64,000 bases of DNA, taken from Protoeuglena noctilucae (Eukaryota). This document shows positions 39,476 through 51,352 of the stretch, in pieces. Every line of letters starts with the position of its first letter. Position 1 is the first letter of the stretch. Where the stretch lies: contig OY253668.1 of assembly GCA_958009085.1 (NCBI GenBank), positions 62,001 through 126,000 of the forward strand. The letters run 5' to 3'. Made by a program: the position numbers and the translations under genes. The notes beneath the pieces were generated by a model. The model did no database searches. It saw only the letters and a program-made list of their open reading frames with translations, and was not told where the DNA came from.

Positions 39476-41000
39476 ATGTCCAGGACGACCCCGGCAGAGA
39501 CAACGGGCACAGACAGCAGTGCGTTCCCTGCTCGCGCGCTTGACATGGCTTGGCTGCCTCTGCCCTCGCGTGGGCCGCCCGTGGAACTCTCCCAGCGCCG
39601 CTGCCCAGCGTCTCAGAGCATCGCTCCCGTGTGCAGGTGGGCCGGCGGCGCCGGTGGACTCGTCGGCCCGGGGGGGAGAGGTCCAGCAGGGCGCTACTCT
39701 CGCGGACGACAGGGTGGGGGACGCGGGCGGCGTGTCCGCGCCCCAGGCCACGGAGCGGGCGGAGGGGGACGCGTCGGCCGGGACTCCCCACAAGGCGGGC
39801 GGGAAGAGTCAGCGGAGATGCCGGCAATGCGGATACGGTCCCGTTCCCAGGAGCCGGCGGTCGTGCCCGTCCTGCAAGGCCCCTTACCTGGCGGTCACGG
39901 AGCGGCAGAGTCGCCGCCAGGCGCTGCTGCGAGAAAAAGCAGAGAAGTCTGACAAGGTACGTCTCCATAACGCGGTGAAGTGCACCGGCCGGCGCATGGG
40001 ATGAGACCATATCTTAGCCCATGGGCCTGACCCCGTGTCGCCCTCGCAGCCGCCCCCTCGGTACAAGTTCGGGTGGGTGCGCCCATTGGAGGACAAGGCG
40101 CAGCAGTCGAGCGCGGAGTTTGCGTACGGCGAGCTCTCCTGGCTGTGCCTGGGCGTGTGGACGGACCGGGAGGGCCGCGGGCGCGTGAACCGGCGTGCGG
40201 ATGGCACCGTCCATGCCGACCCCCTCCAGCTGATCCCTGAGACGGGCCCGTTCACGGCCGCGTGCAGCACGGGGCGGTTCGAGGGCATCGGCACGTTCCT
40301 CTCCCGGCAGCACTTCAAGGAGGAGCACCGCCGGGTGAGACACACAGCCACGTGGGCGCTCATGCATGCACACAAGGGTGTGGTGCGGGTGCTTTGGAGT
40401 CAAGACGATGCCCGCAGAGTGTTGCCATTGCTAGCACGAACAGCCGCAGCACGGCACGACACGCAGTGCTCCCGCTCACGGCGCACCGCTCATCGTGAGA
40501 CGTGGAGTGTCGTGCGTTGTTGCCCCGCTCGCAGTCGGAAGTGGCGATCCCCTCCATCATGCCGACTTTCGACCTGGTGCGGGACTTGGCGAGCTCCATC
40601 GATCTCCTGACAAGGCTCCTGTTCCTGGCAAGGGGAGACGAGTTTGCCGCCATGGCACGCATGGTCTCGTCCCCGGGCGGCCGGCCCATCTGCAACAACC
40701 TCATCTCCATCCTGGTGCGCGCCGGGCGCGTTAGTAGGGAATCGCGCGTCGCTCTGCGGTGCTTGGATGATATCCAACGCTGCATGATTTTTGGATGCCA
40801 TGCAGCAACTGCTGGCGTCGGACCCTGAGGTGCTGCTGGGCGGAGGGCAGGAGACCCTGGCGCTCCCGGACGCGGCGGGGACCCAACAGGTGCGGGCATG
40901 CCGATTCCCTCGCGCAAACGCGTGTGCTTTCGTGCTCCTTCATGATGCGAGCCCGACGGCTTGATTCGTCGCATCAGCGGCGAGGCCGCTCAGGCGCCGA
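39476..41000 (+). CDS. Hypothetical zinc-ribbon protein (end uncertain)
   Basis: CRQCGYGPVPRSRRSCPSC motif followed by globular-looking exons (YKFGWVRPLE...WLCLGVW...; PTFDLVRDLASSIDLLTRLLFL...) with GT-AG boundaries. Confidence 0.5.
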
Positions 41001-41384
41001 TTCCATGTGCGCAGGAGAGAGCGGAGGGGGAACAAAAAGACGGGGAGGAGGAAGGGGGCGAGGGAGGGGGCGGCGCCCCTGAAGAGGACAGCCCCAGTCC
41101 CAAGCGGCGTCGACAGGAGTGACGCGGGGGCGGAAAGATTGATGTATCTTGTTTGTGTGCGCGTGCCTATCATGCGACGGCAATGGCCATCTCGCGCAAG
41201 CGGCGACACTGCCGGTTGGGTTCGACTCCGTCGATTGCGGGCTGTGGCGCTCTGTAACCGGCCCGACTACGGCGTTTACGTCATTTTTGACTTGAATCTA
41301 TCGCGTGCATATCTCGCGGAACGCTTGGACATGGGCACAATGGCCGCATGAGCAATTGCATCCCGGCCCAGCGCTCTCGTCGCC

Positions 41385-44300
41385 ATGCTGAGGCTTGCGG
41401 CCGTTGCGGTGGGCATGGCGCTCGCAGGCGGGGCACTGGCCCAGACCAGCGTCCCGCCTGCCACGGCGAGCCCCAGCCCCACCAGCCCACCCACCCCGAC
41501 ACCCAGCCCGGTGCCGTCCCTAACCCTGCCCCAATTCACCGTCACCTCGCAAGCAAACACTCAGGCAGGCATACTTCGCGCAAGCAGCTTCCCAGGCACA
41601 GCCATTGCGTATGCTGCCACGGCTAACATTGCATCACTTGCCGCACGTGAAGCGCCCCGCACTTGACACCAACACTGCATTGGCATGCCCCTGCCTGCAG
41701 CCCGGTGCCCTGGCGGGGATCATGGCGGGAACGACATCCGCCGCCCAAGCCCAAGCAGGTGCGAGAGCAGCATGTGTGTGTGCAACTGCTGGCGCCCCTT
41801 GCAACGTCGCACACGCAACCTGACCCGACCCTTCTGACTCGCTCCCAGCCTTCATCCGAGCTGCCATTTACTGCCGTCCCGTGGACAAGGACACGCTCCA
41901 TTCTCAGGACACGCCGTACCTGTACAAATTCCTCGACAGCTTCGACCTCCCGTATGTCCCCAGCACCGTCGACGCCAGCCTGGGACCCTGGCCGCTATAC
42001 CAGGGGCCCGACAGCATCCTGTGGTGCCAGTTGTGGAACTGCAGCAGCTCCACGGGCGGGTGCAACTGTGAGTGGGCTTGGCGCCAGCGTCGCAGTGGCC
42101 GGGGTTGAACCGATGCGGATGTGGGGGGGAGTGCTTGTCATGAATGGGTGGCAGTGGAGTCGATGGGCTTGGTGAAGGGTTAACATGTCGAGTTGACAGG
42201 CATCCACATGATGACGTCGTGTCTTATCGTCACCCGCAGCGGTGGTGGCGTGGGCGCCCAACCCCACGTATGGGGACTACCTCATAGGGTCCTCCCTCCT
42301 GGCGTTGAGGGACTTCCAGGGCACCGACAGCATCACGGCACAGTTCTGGCAGGGCACAACCCAGACTGCCCAGGCGGTCCTCTCGTGTCCCCAGGCGAGG
42401 GGCGAGAAGCAAAGCACGATGCGAGGTTCTCGTCACGCAGTGGGGTCGCCCTATGGGTCACCCTATGCAAGCTTAGTACACGGCCCTCGCACCACTCGTT
42501 CCTTTTTTGCTCGTTCACACGTGCACTGCCCCTCTGCGCCCCTCCTCTGCACCAACACCTGGGCCGCCTGCCTGGTGCGTGGGATCTGTACCCACGCCTG
42601 CCACCAGCACCTCCCCGCAGTGCCACACGGTTGCGGACCAGGCGGCCGGCACCCCGCCCGTGTGGGCCAACGCCACTGCCAGTGACTTTGTGCTGGGAGG
42701 CAGCGCCTCACAGCCCGTGCCGCCCCTGGGACCGGTTCCCCCACCTGGCCCCACCACCGCGCCAACGTCACCCGCATCGCCACCCTCACCGCCATCGACA
42801 CTCACCCCGTCTCCTTCCTCCCCAACGGCGACCCAAACGCCCTCGCCCACGCCTCCGCCACCGTTGCCCTCAACCCCAGCTGCCACGTCCACCACCGCCC
42901 CCTCTTCCTCCACACCGCCACCCCCGCCAACGTCGTCTCCACCTAGCGACACTGCGGCTCCCACGCAGGCTCCCTCAGCACCCTCCTCACCATCCACCAG
43001 CCCCAGCACGGTCACCTCATCGTCCCCTTCCCCAACTGACACCTCCCCGTCCCCCACCGCGCCCCCATCGCCACCCCCAAGCGCCACGGCACCACCCACG
43101 TCCAACGGAGGCGCAGGTCCCACAGGCGCCACGTCCCCTCCGCCCCCCAGCCTCCCAACCAGCACCACACCCGCTGCACCGTCGCCTGGGTCCCCGACTG
43201 CCCCACCTGCCCCTGCTGTGGGAGATACGACCCCCGCGCCCCAGCTCTTGGCCACACCGACGCCGTCAAGCTCAGGGGGCGCCCTCCTGAGCCCAGGCGT
43301 CACAGACCCCACCCCCACGGGCGCACCGGGGTCGGCGGGTGGCCCCAGTGCACCCCCACAGGCCCAGACAGGCACGCCGACTAGCCCATCGTCGACGCCC
43401 AGCCAGTCTCCGCATGCCACCGGCCCCGTATCTGACCTTGGTCCGGGTGCCGCCCAGGGAGGGCTGCAGAGCGGAGCAGGGGGCGGCGTGGGCACCGGCG
43501 ACTTGGGCGGGGTCCCACAGGCGACTCCTCGCGATGTGCGCCGCCCCCACGGCATGTGGGGTGCCGTGGCGGGCGCGGCGGGGTCTGGGGTGGCCGCGGT
43601 GGTCGTCACGCTGCTTGCGCTCGTCTGCGGGGCGCTGGCGCTCGTGGGGCTGTTCCTGCTCGTCGGGGCGTGCATGCGAGGGTCCCGCCGCGGCAAGGAC
43701 ATGCGCATCGACATGCTGGCCGAGGTGACGGGTGACGCCGCTTTGATAGTCACACACTGTATGGACATGCGAGCACCCCAGTTGCACGTTCATATACTAC
43801 CCTGCCCATGCTCGACACGCTTATCACCCTCTCTGATCACCCCCACCGCAGTTCCACCCCCTCTGGGAGCCCATGCTCGAGACCCTGCGCCAGCAGCAGC
43901 AGCGCCGCAACCCTCGCCCACTCGTGCCTCCCCGGGACACCACTGTCCCCCTGCCAATGTCCGAGGTGACACTTCAATGTCAGCTGCTGAACCCTGTGCC
44001 ACCCATTGTACACCACCTGCCTTGGCATGTTGGAAAGGAGCGTCCTGTGCCCTGAGCTGCCATGCGCCATGCATACCGTCCCTATCGTGCAGTAAACCTC
44101 ACTGTACACCTCTGTCTTGCAGGCCATCATCCGAGGACTGGACTTCACGTTCCCCAGGAGGACCACGGGCCCTGATGCTGGTGCCAGCGGGGCTGTGCCA
44201 GCGCAACTGCCAAATGCCACGCCCCCGCGCGGCCGGGGCGACGGCCCCGGGGACCCCGCGCCTCCCTCGGCGCGCCGCGAGCAGCCGGAGGCGTCAAGGA

Positions 44301-44461
44301 AGTCGGGGGGCAGAGCGGGCGACAGCCGTAGAGGTGCAGTGCAAAGCTCGTCTCTGAGGGGGAGGGATGGGGGGGCGGGAGGGGGCGGGGTGGCTGAGGC
44401 GGGGGCGGGCGGGCAGCCGCGGAGGGGGTCTTGGTGGTGGCTGTCCCGATTTGATAGATAG
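41385..44461 (+). CDS. Secreted/type I membrane Ser/Thr/Pro-rich (mucin/HRGP-like) glycoprotein
   Basis: Signal peptide MLRLAAVAVGMALAGGALA-Q, a Cys/Trp-containing N-terminal domain, a long S/T/P stalk (~42700-43420), a TM helix (VAAVVVTLLALVCGALALVGLFLLVGA) and a cytosolic tail. Confidence 0.7.
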
Positions 44462-45015
44462 GAGGGGTCGGAAATGCAAGCAAGGGGCGGTGACTGTTGT
44501 GTCAACCCCAGCTGTCATGAGTCGTGCCAGCATCCACCACAACGCTCCATGTTCCCTTGGCTGGCCATGAGAGTTTGTCGGCTACGGCTGGCTAGCTCCC
44601 CCAGTTGATTTTCAAACAGCACGCGTCACTTTGCAAACGGGAGCGCAAACACGTCGCACCTAGGAGCCCAGGAGCACCGAACGCGGCTAGGGATCGAACC
44701 GAGAACGGCCCATTCAGCAGCACCGCGTAACCCAGGGACCCCTCATAAGAGCAAGATGCCACTGTTGCCCAGTCGCCCAGGCTACAGCCCCGCGCTACAA
44801 CAAACAATTAGCCCACAGGCCCTGGCACGGGCCTTCTGTCGAACCCCCCATCCACCATACCCAAGACACCTTGACCCACCCACCAACCATGGTGCCACCC
44901 TGTTAATGGGCACAGCACCTATCCCCCCCCACACGCCACACCCCCGCCCACTACCTCCGCACCCTGAGACTACCCCCCAGTCCCCTTCCAACTCCCCTTT
45001 AATATATACCCCCCT

Positions 45016-46086
45016 TCACCTCCCCTGCCCCACGAGCCTCTGGGCCAGGTCGAGTTCCACCTTCACCCGGTCCAGGCGCTTGGCGGGGATGCGCGTGGTG
45101 GCCCCGAACGAGTTGTAGTGGCCGGCGAGGGCGTTGACGGCCGAGTAGAGGTTCGAGAAGGACGGCTTGCCGGCGAAGCGGTCGTCGCGGCGGTAGCGGG
45201 CCACCCACTGCGGGGGAGGGAGATGGTGGGTGGGTGGCATGAATGTGTGATGGCGGAGTAATGAGTAGCGGGCCACCCACTGTGGGGGAGGGCAGGCGGT
45301 GGGTGGAATGAATGCGTGATGGGCAGTGTGATGCGCAGCGAGGCGCTGAATATCATCTGGCAGACTGACTGCCACCCTCCACCACAGTTTCGTGCGCCCC
45401 AGTCCCACCCTAACCTGGTTTGTCACCCTGCTGGCACTACGTCACCATTGCATCCACCCCCACCACTCTCCTTCTCACCTGGTTGATCTGCTTGCGCAGC
45501 TCTACCACCTTCTCCTCCAGGGCGGGGTCGTCCAGGGGCCTGGCCAGCACGTCGTTGGACATGGCGATGAGCTTGGATGTCGAAGACACGTACTCCTCCT
45601 GCGAGTCATGATCATAACCATAGTCATTGGCTTGGTGTGGCAGAGCTGCTGAAATTGCTTGTTACTACAGATACAGCTTTTGGATCCCGTTCGCTGCCCC
45701 CTGCTTCGCCTGGTCCTGCTTCCTGCTTCCCCCATCCACCCACCCAACTCACCTGGTCCTGCTTGGCTCCGTCCACCCACCCAGCCAACCTGGCCCTGCT
45801 TGCCACCACCATCCACCCACCCAGCTCACCTGGTCCTGCTTGCCACCGTCGAAGAAGCCCGCGTGGGCGGGGCGCACGTTCAGGACCGCGGCGCTGACGG
45901 CGGCGCTGATGAGGGACGCCGCGTGGCGGCGAGAGAGGGGCTCCGCGCGGGCGACGACCCCGCTGCGGCGCGCCCCCGGCGCCTGGGAGCACCTGCATGG
46001 GCGGAAGAGGGGACGCAGTTCGGGCGACTTCCACGGCGTCCGCCGAGCCAGTCCGGCGCAGCTGCAACTGCCTGAGCAGCAGACAT
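45016..46086 (-). CDS. psb27: Photosystem II assembly/repair protein Psb27, lumen-targeted (N-terminus uncertain)
   Basis: Twin-arginine signal SRRHAASLI...AHA, then EEYV...LRKQINQ|WVARYRR...GKPSFSNLYSAVNALAGHYNSFG...IPAKRLDRV..EL. Confidence 0.92.
45697..45850 (-). repeat. About four ~40-bp tandem copies of the psb27 exon-end/donor junction
   Basis: (C)AAGCAGGACCAG|GTGAG.TGGGTGGGTGGA recurs with variants. Confidence 0.85.
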
Positions 46087-46872
46087 GTGTCAGAAAGCCA
46101 ACGGAGCCCGGGAGGGGCGGCAAGGGAGGCGCGCCGCGGAGGGGAGGGCAGGCGATTGACTCATGCGCCCCAGGCCTCCCCTGCGCGGTGGGGGGAGCCT
46201 GCCGCTGTGCGCATGGCACGATGGGGACAGGATGACGAACAAAGAACGGTGAGCAAATATGCCTGCCCCATGGGGCTCGCTGCGCCGCGCTACAGCGGGC
46301 AAGGCAGAGGTGGCACAAACCCGGGCCGTTCCCGCCCCAACGCGCGCCTCCGCGTCGGCGAGTAGCAAGACCGCTTCCGGGACAGTCGCGCATGTACAGA
46401 TCGCGCGAGTTCAGGGACCGCATCGAGAGAAAACGCGCCCAGCCCGTCCCGGCCACATCGATCCGGGGAGCGTCGGGGGGCGTTGCAAGGCGCATCTGGG
46501 CGGCGCGAGACGTGTACTTTGTCGACGACCAGCCATCGCGGCGCGGGAGCAGTCCCCTAGCTCACCCGGCGGGGCTCCGGGCGACCACAACGGCCGATGC
46601 TGACGCCATCTGGGTCGCTGAACTCGACAGATGGGGTGAACGAAGAGTACTGGCGATAATGTCGAGAGTACTGCCGCCCGAGGCCACCAGCAGGAGCTGA
46701 AGCACTCGAACAGACATCTATCTTCTGGCAAGACGCCACGCTGCCCGGAACTGGCCTGCTGAGAGACTTCCTAACCACCAGTGTTTCTCCTGGACGCGAT
46801 CGTGAGGCTGGGGGATCCATCGGTGGCATCAGCGCGGCAATAGCGTGGACTGACGGGGGGCTGCTCGAGCCC

Positions 46873-48752
46873 ATGCATCCGCTCCTGGCGTCGGCCGCTG
46901 CGCCGAGCCATGTTTGCGTAGGGAGGTCATGTGGGAGGGGAGCGCTCCTGGCACCTGCGCTTCTTCGCTTGGGACAGCCACACTCCGCGACGGTGCGATA
47001 CTCGCGCTGCGCATGCATCCTGGGACGGGTTTCGTCACAACAACTCCATCGCCGACACAAGCGCTATCACGGAACGATTCTCTGTGCAGGGAACCGGAGC
47101 GCTGCGCCCGGCGCCTCGCCGGGTCCGCGCAACAGCGGGCGAGGGCGCGGACGAGGCGCCCCAGCCGGACGGCGCGTCCTCCGCGGTGGATGAGGTCGCG
47201 GAGTTCCGCGAGGATGATGTTCTTCCGGATTCGCTAGAGGACTCCATCTCGCAGGCCGCGACGGTGCGCCGCGGCGCCCCCGTGACGCCTCGCTTGCGCC
47301 AGCGTCCGCTCCCTTCGCTCCCCGATCCCCTGCTCCGCCTCGCTGCCCCCCGCAGGCGTGCGCGGAGGCCATTCGCGCAGGTTGCACGCGCTGCATCGTG
47401 GAGATCCTGGTCCCCGAGTTCTGGGACCCCGTCAGCGGCGCGGTGTTCAAGGACGAGGGAGACCAGCAGCGGTGGTGGCGACTCACGCGTCGATTCCTCG
47501 ACGACCTGTTGCAAGAGATGCCGGGACGCAGGGCGCGTGTGCTGTACCCGGACATGGGCGTCGCGGCGATGCTGGCAAACGAGTGGCAGGACCGCGTGTT
47601 TGACGTGTCGGCCATGACAGGTGCGCCACTGGCACTGGCACTGGCACCGGCACTGCCAGAGTGCAGGGGGTGGCCTGAAAGATGCCCAGATTGTCGACTG
47701 CGGCCGGGCAGGGCTGCATGGGAGGAGGGTGCCGTGGTGGTCGTGTGGTCGTGGTGGGTGTCGGTCCCCAGCTCGCTCCTGCTGACAGGCTGTGCTGCAC
47801 CCTCGCGTGCCTGCACCCGCAGACCGTCGGGCGGTTCAAGAGGACGACGACCTCATCTTCCTGGCTGCCCCCGACCCCCCCACGCTCGACGACTGCCGGC
47901 GCTCGGAGCGTGATGCGGGGCCCACGCGCCCGGTGGTGATGTTCAACCCAAGGCTCACGTCGGGGGACGTCGGGGCCGGTCTCAGCATGCGTCGCCTGCG
48001 GTGAGCCACGCCGCCTGGCGCCTTGGGGTTGTTTCATATCTCTAGGGGACTTGTCATTGCCCGTGCCCTCGCCTTCAGTCGCACATGCCTCTTTCCCAGT
48101 GCCCAAGTCCCTTCCCTCGCCAGTGCCCCCCCTCCCACCACCTATCCTATGCCCTTCCACTCCATTCCATCCTCGCAGTGAGCAGTTCCTGGGCCCCTTC
48201 CAGGTCGTCTACTCCATCTGCCCCGTCGGTGACGTGGGGTCCGTCTTCCGGAGGTACGGCCAGCCGTGGAAGGTCTTTGTCGAGGACACAGAGACGCCAG
48301 GGAGGTACCGACTCGCAGCCCAGGTGGGTGGGGTGTGGGTAGCAGTGTGGGTGGGGGTGTTGGTGCGGGTGTGGGTGTGGGTGTTGGTGTGGGTGTGGGT
48401 GTTGGTGCGGGTGTGGGGGTGTGGGTGGGGGTAGCAGTGTGGGTGTGGGCGTGGGTGTGGGTCTTTCTGTCCTTCCACTCCCTGTCGCTGCTATCAGTGC
48501 GACCCGTACTTTCACATTACTGCACCTTGCACACCATCGTGCACCCCATGACACCCCACTCACCTTCGCCTGCCATGACGCCCACAGAGGGACACGCGGC
48601 CATCTGGTGAGGACCTCGACCGCATTGTGACGGAAGCGCTGGGGATGGCGCCGACTGCGGAGGAGGAAGGGGGCGCGGGGGGCATCGCGGTGGCCCTGGC
48701 GAGTGCCATGCGTGAGATGCAGCGGTTCATGCGGCAGATCCAGGGAGTGTGA
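46873..48752 (+). CDS. DUF1995-domain chloroplast protein (start tentative)
   Basis: LPDSLEDSISQA, IVEILVPE, EGDQQRWW, YPDMGVAAML, DRRAV, RPVVMFNPRLTSGDVG.G...RRLR, FL..FQVVYS, VFRRY..PWKVF...PGRYRLA. Confidence 0.85.
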
Positions 48753-49907
48753 GGGGGAGTTGAAGTGGCTGGGTGTGTGGGCTGGGTGTGAGGGAGTGTC
48801 TTGTGTGTGTGAGGTGAACCGTAGCAGGGTCACGGCACGGTCCCTGCCCGCCACGCCTCGCGAGTGCGTCTAGGTTCACATGAATGCCTTTTGAATCCCA
48901 CTGAACTCCTGGAATTCTAGGTCAACTGTGCGGTCGTTGCCTCGGCAGTTGTCGTCTGTGTCTTGTTCAAACGAGCGCAAGCTGGGCGGTGCGGGCGTGC
49001 TGCCCGCCTCGCTTGCGCTTGCTCCTGGGACCCGTGGATCGGCGGGCGGCGTAGCACGAGTCTGGAGGTCCTGTCGAATACGCGAAAAGGCCCGAGGGGC
49101 ACGAGGCAATAGGCGTGTGGCGTGGGGGAGCACAGGCAACGGCCGACGAGGCCCGTCGTGCACAGCGCCCCTCAGTCGGGGCGTGTCGGGCGCACTGCGG
49201 CAGCACCGGGTCCGCAGCAGAAATCCCAGCGCAGAAAACGCGACTGGACTCGACGGCTCTGGGGGTGGCGACTACAAGCATCGCGGCTAGCCTGGGAGGC
49301 ACAGCGGCAGCAACAACCAAGGCAGCGGCAGGAGTGCAGAGGCAGAGGCAAGGCGGAGACGGCCTCGCGCGGACCGCGGAAGCGGCTGCGGCGGGCGGCT
49401 CTGCCGGGCCTCGGCTCGCGGGCACGAGGCACGGCGTCTCTGAGTGGGGCGAGGAGCCCGGGAGGGCAGCAAGCAAGGCGAGGCGGGGAGCAGCCCGGCG
49501 GGCCGGCCGCGCGGGCGCAGGACGAGGTCAGAGGGAGGCTGGACAGAGCGTCTCGAGGCATGGTTGCTCTAAGCCGGGCAGCAGGCGGCAGCGGGGTAGC
49601 CGCTGACCCGGCGGCCCGGGTCCAGCCGTAGGGCGGCGGGCGAGGCGCGGCGGATGGACAAGGGGCAAGACGACGGCACTCGACAGCCGGGAAAGGTAGG
49701 AAGCAAAACGAGGGCGGCGCGCGCGCTGATCGGGGCGTAGGCTCGCTCGAGCGCCGCGGGGTTCCGCCTCGGGGCGACACAGGTCGGCCGGCGCTGTTGC
49801 GGGGACGGGGGGCGAGGGAGCACGCAACCGCACGCCCAGGCCGGGGCAGGCGCGCCCGGGGCCGTGCTGCGGTGGCCCTGGGCGCGGGTGGACATCGAGA
49901 CGGGGGG

Positions 49908-51352
49908 CTATCGCGGCGGCGCCGGCGCGGAGGGTGCGCGGGCGCTGGCCGGCCCGTGGATATGGATGGAGATCCGGATCCGCGAGAGCGCGGCTAACTG
50001 AGAGACAGGCGTCGTGGCGCCCCGCGTCGATGGGCCGGGGGGGCCTCGACCGGGGTGGGGCAAAAATGGTCAAAGGGGGCGGGGGGTCCTGGACGGCACC
50101 GTCCGCCGCCCCCTGGTCTCCGAGGGCTCTTGTAGAAGCCGGGAGCTCAGCAGGCTCGCTCGGCGGAGCGCACCATCAAATCGACGTCCAGCTTGAGGGC
50201 AAAGACGGGGCGCCTGTCCTGGTGGGGCTGTGCCAGTGCCTCCGCTATGGTACGGCGGACGAGGCCCTGCGGTGGCGGAGGAGGGCCGGCAGCAGTGGGC
50301 GACGGCTGGGTGGGTGTTTGCACTGGGTGTTCATCTGCAGTGGGTGTGCCCACATCGCTCTGCCATGACGCATGGAGAGGGAGGGTCGTGGGTGGTTGGT
50401 ACTGGTTGTGCACTCACCGGGCACGCCCCCAGGAAGGTCGAGTGCGCCCCGACTTCGACGACGGTTGACACGCTGAGCTCGGCAATGACATCCGGGAGCA
50501 GGCGCAGGCCCTGGGAGCCGTACCCCGACAGCATCTGGGGAGCGGGGCAGGGCGGACGGGGTGTTATAAGGGAATGTGTCACGTGGTCTACGGATGTGCA
50601 CGTGGTCAGAAGCCACAGAGCGCTGGTGCGGTGAGAAGCGTCGTGCTTTGCATCTCACCTCGCGCGGAGGGAGCGTGGGCCAGGATGGCAGCGGCACGGG
50701 GAGCTGCAAGGGGAGTTGAGGTGGCGTGGGCCCGTGCGCGCGTCGGGGCTCGGGCTGGCCGTGGGCGGGGCGCTTGGAGGAGGGCGCATCGCGACGCTCC
50801 CGCTCGCGCTTCCGGCGCGCTGACTGGCGCGTCACACGGTTCTGCGAGGGGGCCCGGGGGGAGGCCGTCGCGTCAATGCCCTGCCCGAGACATCGCACAC
50901 TTGCTCCTCGTGTCCGAGCGGGCGCACGCACCGAGGTCACCGCTGCTGTGGGCGCAAAGTCGGAGGACGCCTCGACCTCGCTGCTGGGCTGCCCGACGCG
51001 GACGGTATCGAGCGAGGAGCGGGGAGATGCCGTCATGATGGTCTCCGACCCGGAGGAGGGGCGCCTGGGGGACGCGCAGGCCGCGACGGGGCCCAGGCAG
51101 GGCGTGTCGGGGCTGCAGTGCTGCTTGGTGTCGAGCTCGTCGAAGAGGCTCCTGGGAGCGGCGAGCGGACGGACGCTGAACGTAGCGAGAGCCCAACCGC
51201 GGCGCACGGAGCGCGCAGGGCGACCGCGCCGGTCACGGCGCGCTGCAGGCGGGCGCTCACATGATGGGGTCCCTGAACTCGAGCGTCGCGTCCCCGATGC
51301 CGAAGAGGTCCGAGGCCAGCAGCCCCTGGGCCATCATATCCGTCGCCGCCAT
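49908..51352 (-). CDS. Hypothetical multi-exon protein
   Basis: GT-AG-bounded exons MAATDMMAQGLLASDLFG..., PRSLFDELD..., MLSGYGSQGLRLLPDVIAEL..., GLVRRTIAEAL...KLDVDLM and LAALSRIRISIHIH. No family recognised. Confidence 0.45.

Noticed and set aside
41170..41245. GGTTCGACTCC resembling a tRNA T-loop/B-box
   Set aside because: The flanks do not form a 5-bp T-stem, and no cloverleaf is evident.
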